DNA of 64,000 nt from a bacterium (GCA_024635475.1 JAGXIW010000008.1:13592-77591); one strand, 5' to 3'. Counted from the first letter of the stretch, positions 1-13,210 are shown. Notes: generated from the letters alone by a model not told the origin. A program made the numbers and translations.

Positions 1-142
1 TTTTTGAATTGTTTGATATCTTTAAGTCAGAATCCATACTTTTTTTATTTGTATCCGAAACACTAAACAAATCATCAACACTTCTTGGGCTTGTTCAAAT
101 TTTGTTTATTCCAGATTTATCTAAAAAAGTTTGTAAATTCAC
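1..142 (-). CDS. 5' part of a hypothetical protein running off the window edge
   Basis: GTG at 142 opens a frame (MNLQTFLDKSGINKIGTSPRSVDDLF...) that stays open to position 1. Confidence 0.4.
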
Positions 143-203
143 TGTATTATGAATAAAGAATAAAGAATAAAGATTAATTACTTATAAATATTATCATATA
201 AAC

Positions 204-234
204 AAAAAAAACTCTATGATTAGTAGAGTTTTTT
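204..234 (-). terminator. Probable intrinsic terminator after PBP1A
   Basis: AAAAAACTCTA-tgattag-TAGAGTTTTTT inverted repeat flanked by A/T tracts. Confidence 0.55.
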
Positions 235-281
235 AGTGTAAAATGTCTTGACAAGTTAGTGAATTAAGATAAATGGCTAAC

Positions 282-3200
282 TTAACTAATTATTTCTAAG
301 TTTATATCTTCGCTTGCCTTATTTCCTGAATTATCAATTGCTTCAATTTTTATTGTATGAGTTCATACTTCTAAATTTGTTCAAGAGATAGGGAAAACAA
401 AGCTTCTATCTGTTAATCATAGTTTTAGAGGTTTACCATCTATATAAATATTTATAGATTTTATTCCACCATTATCATCAACTTCTCATCTTAAATTAAA
501 TTCTTCTCAAGAATTATATAACTTGATACTTTTATCAATTGGATTTTTAATAGTTATTGTAGGGGCAATATTATCTTGATCCACGATTTCTATTTCTTTT
601 GTTTCATCTGCAGAATAATATTCACTATTAACAGCTCTTATCGTTATGTTATACACTCATTTGTAATTATCTGGAATTTCAAAAGTTCATTTATATGATC
701 ATTCATTTTTTCATAGTAGAGTAATTTCATCTATTTTTATTTCATCTAATAATATATTTATTTTAATTATAGGAGAATCAGATCTATAAGCTAACTCTAT
801 GTAATTCGTTCAAACTAATAATTGGTCTTTATCATTTATTTTTGAAGCTATTTTGATATTTCACATATCTGGAAATTCTTCTCTTTTACATATAGTATCT
901 TGAATTGTATCATCAGAATCAACCAATTCTCATAAAGTGTCTTTATATTTTCAGCTTTTAACCCATTCTTGTATTGGTCATTCCCATGCTTTATTTTCTG
1001 GAAACAGAGAATGAACATCAACAGTATAGATTTCTTTTATTCATGCTATTGGAGTTAATTCACTTATTTTTCAATTACATAAAGCATCTACTTTTATTGT
1101 TTTTAATCCAGTTCATTTTCACTCAGGCAGATTTTTAAACATAGATACATTCGTTAAATCTTCTCTAAATCATTCTTCCGTAGCATTTCAAGTCAATTTA
1201 GAAATTGTCATTGTTTTAACTCAAGAAGGCATTTTCCAATCCAATGCTTTTTTATCTTTATGAGCATAAGTCATAAAATCTCTCCAAATTGGTCAAGCTG
1301 CATTTAATCAATCTCAACTCATATTTACCTCTCTTCAATCAGTATTTCATACCCAAACTACAGTAGTAATTTGAGGAGTATATCATATAGTCCATAGATT
1401 TCTCGGCAGTTTTATTTTTTTACCATTTTTTTCATATTGTTTTGTTGAAGTACCAGTTTTTGCAGCCACTTTTCTACCTGAAATAGATATAAAGTTATTC
1501 CATCAAGCAGGTCTAGTTGAGGTATCACTAAGTATAGAATTTATTATATAAGCAGTTGCAGAATCTAAAACTTGTTCTTTTTTTGTTGTTTTAATTTTTT
1601 CTTCTATAATTACTCATTTAGAATCAAGTATTTTTAATATAGGAGTAATTTCTTTTTTCTCTCATAAATTAGCAAACACAGTGTAAGCTTTTGCCATTTC
1701 AAAAGGAGTAACTTCAACTGTTCAAAGTCAAATAGATGCTCCATATCTGCCATCATCAGCAATATTGTAAAATCAAAGTTTTGTAGCCAATTCAACAACT
1801 TTCTTTTCTCATCATCATAAGTATACCATTTTGATAGCAGGAATATTTCTACTATTATTTAATGCTGTTGATACATTCATAAGTCAGTTAAATTTTCAAT
1901 CAAAATTAGATGGAGTATAAGATCATGGGAAATTTGTTTGTAAATCAAAAATAGGAGTTTTTGATCAAATAGTATTAAAGTCTATAGCTTGAGCATAAAC
2001 AAAAGGTTTAAAACTAGATCAAGGTTGTAATTTTGATGTTATCATATTTACATTTCATCAATTTTCTATATCAAAATAGTCTTTTCATCATACCATAGCA
2101 AGTATTTCTCAGTTTATATTGTCTATACTTATTAAGGCATCATTATATGCACCAAATCTTTTGGCATTTGTTTCTCCATATTTTTCTATTAACTCTTCTG
2201 CTTTATTTTGTAATTTTGAATCTATAGTTGTATATATTTTCAATCAACCTGAATCCATAAATTCTTTACCATATTTTTTTTCCAGATATTCTTTTATATA
2301 AAGTACAAAATGAGCAGCTTTTATTCTTTCTTTATTTTTTTCAAATTTAAATCAAACTGATTGTATAACTGCTTTTTTATAATCATCAAATTTTATATAA
2401 TTATCTTCTAACATTCTTTGAAGAATAAAATCTTTTCTTCAAGTTTGATATTCTACAATTTTTCATCCATTATCTATTTGTATGCTATTTAAAAATTCAA
2501 GTAGTTTAGAATAATCAAACAAAGAACATCAATCTCCATCTATTATAAAAGAATTTTTTTTATGATTTTCTTTATTTATTCAACAAATAAGATTTGTATT
2601 ATCAGAAATCTTTTTTGATTTTAAATTATCTACATATTTTAAAAGAGGACTTATATCATTTGCATAAGTGAGTTTATCTTTTTCATTTAGGATTTTTATC
2701 TGATTTGCAGGTTCTTTTTTATCATATATATATACATAACCGAGTAATCTATCTGCATGTGTATAAGGGGAATAGTAAGAAGGTCATTTTGGTAAAGAAG
2801 CCAATATACTTGACTCTAATACTTCTAAATCTTTTGCTGATTTTCCAAAAAATGTCTTTGCTGCTTGTTCAATACCATATGAATTACTTCAAAAATCAAT
2901 TTTATTTAGGTATAATTCCAATATTTTTTCTTTTGATAAAGAAGAACTCAATTTATATGATAAATATATTTCTTTGATTTTTCTTTCTACTTTTCTTTCA
3001 CTTCAAATTAGAGTATTTCTTATTAGTTGTTGAGTTATAGTGGAAGTTCATTCAACTTTATCAGTTTTTCATAAAGCATAATAAACAAAAGCTCAGAGCA
3101 TTCTCTTTAAATCAACTCATGAATTTTTTAAAAAAGTCTTATCTTCTCAAGCGACAAGAGCATTCACCATATTTTTTGAAATGTTTTCATAATTTACATA

Positions 3201-3473
3201 AGTTCTATTTTCTTTATATATTTTATAAAGTTCATTTCAATCTCTATCATAAATAATAGATGATTTTGCCAAATTTAATTTTTCTAGGTCTTTTACATCA
3301 GGTAGTGGTAAAATATATTTTATATAAATTATTATTGTAGATAATAGTAATAATAAAGACAATCATATAATAGTATATAATCATATTTTTTTAAGTTTAT
3401 CTTTATTATCAAAAAAAGATTTATTTTTTTTATATTTTATAAAACCTGATGAATTATGTTTGAATCTGTTCAT
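282..3473 (-). CDS. Class A penicillin-binding protein (transglycosylase/transpeptidase) with C-terminal Ig-like domains
   Basis: 1063 aa in code 25; GT51 motif EGTSTITQQLIRN, SxxK motif QPGSSFKPF, AAKTGTS; Ig-like end HTIKIEAIDNSGN. Confidence 0.9.
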
Positions 3474-3507
3474 AATAATAGTAATTAATTAATAATCAAG
3501 GAATAAT

Positions 3508-3603
3508 TGTCATTCTGAGTGATTAGCGAAGAATCCCTTAAGCGATGTTTAGTGTATTTATTAAGGTTAAAGGGATACTTCGTTATACCAGAGTATAGTA
3601 ACA
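3508..3603. repeat. Palindromic dispersed repeat, copy 1
   Basis: TGTCATTCTGAGT..GAAGAATCCCTTA...AAAGGGATACTTCG; similar to 5666-5699 and 45619-45708. Confidence 0.7.
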
Positions 3604-3630
3604 TAAAACCTATATCCTATGTTCTACATT

Positions 3631-5055
3631 TTATTCTTCTTTCTCTTCTCAATTAAAATCTGTTATATCTTTTAAATCTTTTCATATAATTATCTCTATT
3701 TTTGTATTTGGATTTTTAGAATAACGAGGTTTCTCAATTTTTTCATATTTTCACTTAATAAAAAGTTTTAGAGCATCAAGAGTTTCTGTATTATCTCATA
3801 GATTATTATATAAAATAGTTGTTTGTTCATATAAAACTCAATCAGTATTTCAAATAGAATCTTTCTCAGGGATGTTAAAACCAAATTGTTGTAAATCATT
3901 CGCTAAGTATAAAGCTTGATTTGCTACTGGCATTGAATTAAAAATATTTATTTCTTGTTTATTAGTAAAAACTCAAGAGTAATTAAAAATAATATTTGAA
4001 AATCTCTGAATTTCGCCGTATTTTTCTAAACTATAATAACTGGCTCATCTAGGTATTACCACTGATGCTCATCAAAATTGTTCCATAGGAGGAGTATAAA
4101 GTATTCATCATACAGCACAAACAGAAGCTCAATAAACACAAGAATTATTTAAATTTAAAGAAATTATATTATCTTTATCTCATAGATCTTCAAAATCAGA
4201 AGCAATTTTTAAAATTCAATTCAGTCATATATCTGTTGTAAAATAAGGACTAATTGTATTATACATCTTTTTTATTTTTATAGGATTTTTAAAATATCCT
4301 TCAGAAATCATCTTTTCTTTAATTGCAGAAAGTATTTTATGTTGTCTAAGGGATCTATCAAAATCACTTGTAGTATGTCTACTTCTAGCATATTTTAATG
4401 CAGTTTCTCAATCAATTAACCAAGTTCACTTTTTTAATATAAAAGTTGTATATCATCAACTTGGAGTAGGATAAGTATAATCAGCTATACTTTCAGAAAC
4501 TTCTACTGTAACTCATCACAATAGATCAACAATCTGTTTAAATCATGAAAAATCTATATTTACATAATAATCTATTTTTTCTCAAGTAATTTGGCTAATT
4601 TTGTTTTTTAGATATTCCATAGCTTGATTTTCACCTTTTTCAGGAGACAGATAACTTGCATATATTCAATTTATTTTACCATACCTAGTATTATCATATT
4701 TAACATATAAATCCCTTGGAATTGATAACATTGAGATGATTTTTTTATCTAAATCAATCGATGCTAAAATTATAGAATCAGTCAAGTTTCAACCATTATG
4801 ATTAGCTCATCATCTTCAAACTAAAAGTATCTTTATTTTATTATCATCGCTTTGATTAGGAGTTATATCAAATTTAAAACTGCTTATTATGCTTCATAAA
4901 TTGAAATTGAAATCAAAGTTTTTTATATTTTTAACAATAGATATTCATAAAAAACATATGACTCATATAGATATAAATCATGTCAAAAAAAGTATGCTTT
5001 TTTTAAAATTCCACACAGTGGTCTTTATCTTTTTAGTTTTAAATCACACAGGCAT
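3631..5055 (-). CDS. LCP (LytR-CpsA-Psr) family protein
   Basis: N-terminal TM; ILLVGRGG..NLTDSIILASID, LSIPRDLYV, SDFDRSLRQ. Confidence 0.9.
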
Positions 5056-5252
5056 CTTTTATTAGTTTCTAAAATCAACAATTCTTTGAATATTTTTCAA
5101 ATACTTTTTTGGAATTCTTTGTAATTATATGAAAAAAATATTTTTTTTCAAAATTAAATTGAATTATTTTTTAGAAAAAAAATTGAAATTTATAAAAAAT
5201 ATGTATACTTAATTTTGAAATACAAAAATAATTTATTTTTTATATTTTTTAT

Positions 5253-5657
5253 ATGTCAGAAAATAGCATAATAGTAACTGAAAATGAAGTTGATAAACTG
5301 GTTTTAGAACTTTTAAAACTACATTTAGATGTAGTAAGTGTAGATGAAAAAGATTTTTTGGATTTACTAAAACATAGTCTTTCTTTAAATACTATGGAGA
5401 AAAAAAGAGTGATTGATGCAACTCCTACACTTTCTCAATTTCAATTTGATGAATTAAAAAAAGTATTTATAGAAGAAAGAGAAAAATTCAGAGAATTATC
5501 AAAAGAACATCCAGACGACATAAAAAAATTACTTGTAAAACAACAAAAAGAATGGTTACAATTATGAGATTTATATAAAATGGAAAAGGAAGATACAAAG
5601 AAAAAAGAACAAGATAAAAAACAAATTGATGATCTAAAAAGTCAGTTTGGATTGTAG
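5253..5657 (+). CDS. Hypothetical helical protein
   Basis: Track ORF extends through one TGA to TAG at 5655-5657. Confidence 0.75.
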
Positions 5658-5665
5658 TTCTGTGT

Positions 5666-5699
5666 TGTCATTCTGAGTATAACGAAGAATCCCTTAAAC
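5666..5699. repeat. Palindromic dispersed repeat, half copy 2
   Basis: TGTCATTCTGAGTATAACGAAGAATCCCTTAAAC. Confidence 0.65.
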
Positions 5700-5776
5700 A
5701 TGGGAGTTTAATAAATTTAAAAAATAATTAAAGCAATTTAGAGTTCTAATAATCTAAAATTCTAATTCTTAAAAAA

Positions 5777-6694
5777 ATGAAGTATTATTTTTGTGTATTA
5801 TCTAAAAAACCACTTAGAGTTGATATGTACCTATCAACTCTTTTTACTGATTTTTCTAGAAGTTTTATACAAAAAATTATAGATAGAGGACAAGTTAAAA
5901 TTAATTGAAGTGAAATCAAAAAAAATATAAAGATAAAAAATACAGATGAAGTATCTATAGAAATAATTATAGAAAAATCAAAAATAGAAGCAGAAAATAT
6001 AAATCTAGATGTGGTTTATGAAGATGATAATCTGATTATAGTTAATAAAGATGCTTGAATAAATACTCATCCAGTTCCTGGTGAAAATGGTAAAATATGA
6101 ACTTTAGTAAATGCTTTACTTTATCATACAAAAAATTTAGCAACAATAAATTGAGAAGAAAGACCTTGAATAGTTCACAGATTGGATAAGGATACTTCAG
6201 GTTTAATTATGGTGGCTAAAAATGATAGTATGATGAAATATTTACAAAATATAATACAAAAAAGAGAAATAGATAAGTACTATATAGCTATAGTTAATTG
6301 AATAGTAAAAGACAAAAATTTTAAAATCGAAAGCTTTATTGGTAGGCATCCAACTGACAAGATTAAGATGACTGCTAAAAATCCAATAAATCCAAAAATA
6401 GCAATTTCCTATTGAAAAGTACTTGAATATATAGATGATAAATACACTGTTTTAGAAATAAAAATCGAAACGGGAAGAACTCATCAAATTAGAGTTCATT
6501 TATCAAGTATAGGATTTCCAATAATTTGAGACAAAGTTTATGGAAATAAAGAAGTAAATAAAGAAGTATTGAATAAATACTGATTAGAAAGGCAGGCATT
6601 ACATTCTAGAAAATTAGTGATTGAACTTTATTGAGAGAAAAAAGAATTTATCTGAGAGTTAAAAAATGATATGAAGAAAATAGTAGAAAAATAA
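5777..6694 (+). CDS. rluD: RluA/RluD family pseudouridine synthase with S4 domain
   Basis: RVDMYL S4 start; RPGIVHRLDKDTSGL; ETGRTHQIRVHL; RQALHS. Confidence 0.9.
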
Positions 6695-6777
6695 ATATAG
6701 TTTATATATAAATAAAAAAGTTGATTTTTTTATATAAAAATTATAATAAATCTAGATTAATTTTTAATTAGTACTTA

Positions 6778-7362
6778 ATGGAAAATTTTTTAAAAGAAAT
6801 TGTTAAATGAAATAAATTTGAACTTTTGATTGATAGTAATATATTTTCAAAAGAAATAGTATTAAAAGCTGCTTATAATTTTTTGGATAAAGGTTATTTT
6901 TTCTTTAAATTAGATAAAGATAATAATATAATTTTGCAGTTTACAGTAAAAGATGGAATAAAGGAATCTCCTGAAAGTATTATCTGAGATTTCTCAGATG
7001 AGATTTTATCTGTGTATTTAAGGGATAAATTAGAACATGATAATAAAGATATAAGAGAAAAAATAGTTTGAGCAGCAATTGCAAATAGTATAGATTCAAA
7101 ATGATTTACTCAATTTGATACTGATAGACAAGATAATCAGGAACAAAATCAAATAGATTTTGATAAAGATATAGATGAGATTTTGAGAGAAATAGAAAAT
7201 GATCCAGAATTAAAAATAGATGAAGAAGAAATAGAAAGAATACTTAAAGAAATAGAAGAAGAAAGTAATATGATAAATGATGATAAACCAATTATTAATT
7301 TAGATATGGATGCTATAAAAGAAGTAAAAGAAAAATTTAAGAAAGATAAAAAAAGTAACTAA
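6778..7362 (+). CDS. hxsD: His-Xaa-Ser system protein HxsD with acidic C-terminal extension
   Basis: IDSNIFSKEIVLKAAYNFLD...YLRDKLEHDNKDIREKIVGAA, upstream of hxsB. Confidence 0.75.
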
Positions 7363-7386
7363 AAAAATAGTTTTTAATTATAATAA

Positions 7387-7584
7387 ATGTCAAAAAAAAG
7401 TTTAAAATTGGACAAAGAAATATACAATGAAGAAGTTATAAGACAAGCTATAGAAGATTTTAAAAATATAGCTTTTATAACTTACAAAAATTTTGAGATA
7501 ATAGTAGAATGAGAATGAGATTTAGAAGAGATTTTGAATGAATTTATGAACTATTGTTTAGGTTTGCAAAATGAATCAATTTAA
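7387..7584 (+). CDS. Small HxsD-like protein
   Basis: MSKKSLKLDKEIYNEEVIRQAIEDF...NEFMNYCL; same 'D..IY/F..E.I..A..F' pattern as HxsD. Confidence 0.65.
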
Positions 7585-7607
7585 TTAATAAGTAAATCAA
7601 TGAAATT

Positions 7608-9143
7608 ATGTTTGATTTGGAAAAAATAAAAAAAATTAAAAGTGATAAAATATGATTTTTCAGATTCAAGAAATTTGATGAAAGTACATATCTTATTACT
7701 AATGATATAGCTAAGTATTCTTTTTTAACTAAAGAAGAATTTAATGATTTTATATCTTGAAAAATAGTTTCTTGAGTAAAATATGATGAGTTATTAGAAA
7801 GAAAATTTATAAAAGATGAAAAATATGAAACAGATATGTCTTTTGCTTATGCAAAGAAAAATAAATTTCTAGCATATTGACCATCTTTGCACATAATAAT
7901 TACAACACTTAGATGTAATCATAAATGTAAATATTGTCATGCAGCAGTAGCTCCAATGACAGCAACAGAAATGGATATGACGCAAGAGACAGCTAAAAAA
8001 GTAGTTGATACTATATTTTATACTTCATCAATAGATTTAACTATTGAATTTCAATGATGAGAATCTTTGATCAACTGGGATATTGTTAAATATATTGTAG
8101 AATATGCTGAAGTAAAATCTTTTCATTTGAGTAAAAATATAACTTTTGCTTTGGTAACTAATCTTACTTTGATGGATGATGAGAAACTGGACTATATATT
8201 GGCTCATAATATACATATTTCTACTTCTTTAGATTGAGATGAAGAGACTCATAATTATAATAGAACTTTTAAAAATGGTAATAGTTTTGAACAGGTAACT
8301 AATTGGATAAAAAAAATAAATGATAAATATGGTGAAATAGATTCTGTAAATCCTGATTTCAATTGAAAAATTATAAGAAAAGTGGGAGCATTATTAACTG
8401 TTACAAAAAAAACACTTTCAAAATATAAAGAAGTTATTGATACATATGTTTCTTTATGATTAGATTGAATATTTTTAAGACCATTAAATCCTTACTGATT
8501 TGCAGCTTCTGATATAGAAAAACTTTGATATACAAATGAAGAATTTATAGATTTTTACAAGAAATCTATGGATTATATAATTGAGTTAAATAAAAAATGA
8601 GTTGATATAAGAGAAAATTTATCAAGTATATATTTAAGTAAAATTTTAACTGATACAGATCCAAATTATCTAGATGAAAGAAGTCCTTGTGGTGCTTGTA
8701 TATGACAGGTTGCATATAATTATGATTGAAAAATATATAGTTGTGATGAATGAAGGATGTTTGCCCGTATGTGAGATGATAGTTTTTTAATGGCTGATAT
8801 TAATAATAGTGATTTTTCTGAATATCCATGACACGATACTTACAATAAGATGATAAATAGTGAAACAACAAAAACCATGGTTCAGGCAAGTACTCTAGAT
8901 TGATTGCCTTGATATAATGACAGTGTTTATAAGCCATACATCTGAGTATGTCCTATTCACTCATATAAGACTAGTGGTAATATTATTCCAAATTATTCTA
9001 AAGATTATAAAAAAATACTTGATTACGCTGTTTTGGATTATATATTTAATAAGCTTAGGGATAAAGAAATTTTGGATTATTTTAAAAAATGGATAGTTAG
9101 ACCGTGAGATGCTTCAGTTGTTAGTCAATGTGAAATTATTTAA
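7608..9143 (+). CDS. hxsB: His-Xaa-Ser system radical SAM maturase HxsB
   Basis: FFRFKKF..YLITND; PSLHIIITTLRCNHKCKYCHA; IEFQGGE; RSPCGACIGQVAYNYDGKIYSCDEGRM. Confidence 0.9.
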
Positions 9144-9174
9144 ATAACTTAATTTAATATTTAATTTATATATT

Positions 9175-9567
9175 ATGTCAGAAGATAAGAAAAAATTGTT
9201 CCCAAAAATAAAAAAGAAATTAAAATGATTTCTTACAGAAGAAAGTGGTAAAATGAGCAAGAAAGATGCTTTATGATTAGGTGTTTGAGTGATGTTATTA
9301 AGTGTGATTGATGAGGTCGGGGCAACTAATCCTACAACAAACCACAGTAATAATCATACTAAATGTAATGTTTCAATGACAGCTGGAGCGGTAGTTAATC
9401 ATGCAAGTTCAATTGTAAATTGACATTATAGTGCGACTCCTGCCGCAAATGTTACTTTTTCACATGGATCACATGGAAGTCATGGATCACATGGATCACA
9501 TGGAAGTCATGGGAGTCATGGATCACACGGGAGTCATGGATCACATGGAAGTCATGGGCAGTGGTAA
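9175..9567 (+). CDS. hxsA: His-Xaa-Ser repeat precursor peptide (130 aa)
   Basis: MSEDKKKLFPKIKKKLKGFLTEESGKMSKKDALGLGVGVMLL...TFS-(HGS)x10-HGQW*; missed by the ORF track because of TGA codons. Confidence 0.9.
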
Positions 9568-9591
9568 TTTTATTTTTATAAATAAATTTAA

Positions 9592-10290
9592 ATGAAAAAA
9601 ATATATTTTTGATTGAGTCTATTTATTAACCTATCTTTAGTTATTGTACTTGTTTTTAGTTTAATAAATAATAAAAATTCAAATAATTTTTGAACTTGAA
9701 TTAATGATAAATTTAATTCTTGAAATTTAAGTAAATCTTGAATTTTAATAAAAAATGAAATAAAAAATTTTTCTAAAGAAGAATTAGAAAAAGAATGTAA
9801 AAAGATTATTGATTGAAAAAAATCAAATTTCATTGAAAAAACAGAATTATATTCTTTATATAAAGATATTAATTTAGATAATTTAAAAAATAACAATGAA
9901 TATTTAGCTTTATTGAATTTGAAAAAATTAAATTGTGAATTTTTTAATTGAAATGATTATTATAAAACTTGTAATATTTTAAAAACAAATGATATTAAAA
10001 ATATTGATAATAATATAATAAAAGATGCTTATGGTAGAACATTATTAAAATCGATGATATTAGGTTTTAATAAATGTGATGAATTATCTAGTCAAAAAGA
10101 AAAGAAAGAATGTAATATATATTTTAATAATTATATTGATTTAGAAAAATTATATACATGATCGATAATATGATCATCGTCTGTTGAAGTTTGAAGAATA
10201 TTTAATGATTTGTGAGAAAAAATTTTTTTAGAAAAATTAAATAAGGAATTTATAGAAAAATGTAATAAATTAGATTTTTCAAAAGAATAG
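9592..10290 (+). CDS. Hypothetical N-terminally membrane-anchored protein with spaced Cys
   Basis: Open in code 25; hydrophobic N-terminus LSLFINLSLVIVLVFSL. Confidence 0.65.
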
Positions 10291-10361
10291 AATATTTTCT
10301 AAATGTATTATTTTTTATAATATCAATAAAAAATGCTTTAAAATTAATAATTATTTAATAG

Positions 10362-11360
10362 ATGAAAAAAAATAATTTTCCATTTGAGCATATTACATTG
10401 ATTATGACAAGAGATTGTAATTTAAAATGTGAATATTGTTCACTTAATCATACAAAAATTAATATTACTAATGAGATATTAGACATATTTTTTAGGAAAA
10501 TAATTAAATATAATAATTATAATTTAAATATTACATTATTCTGATGAGAACCATTATTAAATAAAAAATGAATCGAACATATTTATGTACTATTGAAAAA
10601 GTATATGAAAGAGTTTATCGGGAATAATATTTTTATTTATTTGAAAATTCCTTCAAATGGGACCTTATTAAATAATGATTATATAAAATTATTTAATAAG
10701 ATAAAATCTTTAAATTTTATAAATTTATCATTTAATATAAGTATTGATTGAGATAAAACAACTCAATTAAGACAAAGAAATTATGCAAAAAAAAATTTAG
10801 ATTATTATGAAATTTTAAAAGAAAATATAAAAATGTTGGTTCTGAATAATTTTGATGTTGAATTATCGACTGTATTAGCTTTTTCTAATGATAATTTTTT
10901 TGATGATATTGTTTATTTGATTAAAAAATTTAAATTACCAATTTTTCTAATGCCTATGCAATTAACATCAGGTTATATTGTTGAATGTGAAAATATAAAT
11001 AACCATATAAAAAAATATTTAATAAATATTGAAAGAACACTAAAATTAATAAAAATAAATAAATTAGATAGATTCATTATTAATTTTTCTTCTTATGTTG
11101 ATGTTGTAACTCCTTCAATTGGTCCTACAGTTGATGTAAATGGTGATATTTATACGACTAGATCATTTATGTTTTCTCTTGATAGAAGTGAAAAATTTTT
11201 TAAAATTTGAAATATAAAAAAAATGGATTTAGTTAATTATTTTATAGATAATGATATAAAAAAAATTGAATTTGAAAGTTTTAAATTATTTTATTGAAAA
11301 ACATTTTTGATCAATAAAAGTATTTGAGACTTTTTTACTAATTTAATTTATAGTAAATAA
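10362..11360 (+). CDS. Radical SAM protein (anSME-like N-terminus, Cys-poor C-terminus)
   Basis: TRDCNLKCEYC; LFGGEPLL; SIDG. Confidence 0.85.
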
Positions 11361-12271
11361 TGAAGAGACTTGAATTTCATATATCATATATATGCCAACA
11401 TAAATGTATTTTTTGTAGTGAAGCAGATAGAATGGATAATTTTAAAAATTATCCATTATCTTTATTGCAAATAAAAACTATTTTGATAGATAGAATGAAA
11501 AAATGATATAATCATGTTAATTTTACTGGTTGAGAACCTACTATTACTCCATGATTTTTAGAATTACTCAAATTTACGAAAAAACTTTGATATAAAATAT
11601 ATGTTTGAACAAATTGAGTTATGTTTTATTCTGAAAAATTTGCTAAAGAATCTTTAAAATATATAGATGAACTATCTCTATCTGTTCATTGGTATTCATT
11701 AAATACATGTTGAAAACAGATTTGATTGAAATATCACTTTAATAATTTTCCTATTATTGTTAATAATATCGAAAAATATAAGGCTAATAATAATTTTTTC
11801 TTTTTAAATATAGTTATAAATAAATATAATTATTTTGATACTGAAAAGATAATAAATTTTGTTATAGAGACATGATATGATTTTAAACAAGTTTTAGTAT
11901 CAAATATTGCCCCTGAATGAAGTGCAAAACATAATTATATTGATATTGTTTTTGATTTAAATGAGTTTAGGAATTATATTCCAAATATAATAAAAAAATG
12001 TAATGATAATTGAAAAATACTTAGATTTTTTTGATTGCCTACATGTATTTTAGAAGAAGACTTTATTGAGTATTCAAATGATGAACATTGGGAAGAAAGA
12101 CACACAATAGAAAGATTTTTGAATAAAAATTGAAAAGTATCATTAATAGATATTTATTCTCCAGATAATTCAAGAGAAAGGACATTTGTAGATAAATGTA
12201 ATAATTGTAAATGGAAAAAAAATCCTTGTACTTGAATTTTTAAAAAATATTTAGATTTTTATGAATTTTAA
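11360..12271 (+). CDS. Radical SAM protein, HxsC-like
   Basis: CQHKCIFC; FTGGEPT; GLPTC...CNNCKWKKNPCTG; TAATG overlap with the previous gene. Confidence 0.85.
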
Positions 12272-13210
12272 ATGGAATTAATATATATATTAACTTATAA
12301 TTGCAATTTTCGTTGTAAATATTGTGATATAAATAAACATGTCAATAATATTTCAAAAAAAGTTATAGACCAAAGTTTGATATTTTTGGAGAAAAATAAT
12401 TTTAATATAGAAAAGGTAAAATTTTTTGGTTGAGAACCATTATTGAAAAAAGATTATATAAAATATATTGTGACTAATTTTCCGAAAAATGTTAAAAAAA
12501 ATTTTTATATTACTACAAATGCAACTTTAATTGAAGAAAATTTTATGTTATTTGCTAGAAATAACAATATAAAATTAACATTTAGTATTGATTGAAATAG
12601 TAAAACTATTTGAATCAATAGAATTACGAAATGATGAAAAGATTTATCAAATATTATTATAAAAAACACAAAAAAATATAATGATTTTATAAGAATAAAT
12701 CAAGTTATTACTTCAAATAATTCTAAGGATTTTTTTGCTAATTTTAAATTTATATATGATTTATGAGTTAGAAAATTTAATTTTTTACCAGAATATTATT
12801 CTGAATGGTCAAAACAGTGATTAAAAAATTTAAATAAGTGATTTAATGAAATTTTTAATTTTTATAAGGAATGAAATCAATTTGAATTAGTAAATTTAGA
12901 AAATTATTCTAATATTTCATTTTTTAATCTATGATTAATAATAGATACTGATTGAAGTATTTATTGAACTAATTTAATTTTATCTTGAGTATTTGAAAAA
13001 TATAAAAAAGACTTAATATTATGAAATATTTTTTCTGAAAATTATATTAATTTTCAAGATGATGACTTTATTAGGAGTTACATAGATAAAACTTGAAATA
13101 TTTTAGAAATAGAATATAGTAAAAATATATTAAATTCAGTAAAATACGTAGATTTAATGTTAAATAATTTTTGTAATAAAATGTACTTTTTATGGAATAT
13201 AAAAGATTAG
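12272..13210 (+). CDS. Radical SAM protein (anSME-like N-terminus, Cys-poor C-terminus)
   Basis: TYNCNFRCKYC; FFGGEPLL; TTNATL; FSIDG. Confidence 0.85.

Noticed and set aside
6721..6747. Sigma70 promoter for the hxs cluster (TTGATT...TATAAT)
   Set aside because: Spacer is only 15 nt and such motifs are frequent by chance at this AT content.
9463..9558. CRISPR array or non-coding microsatellite
   Set aside because: The 9-nt unit varies only at synonymous positions of an HGS reading frame and has no spacers.
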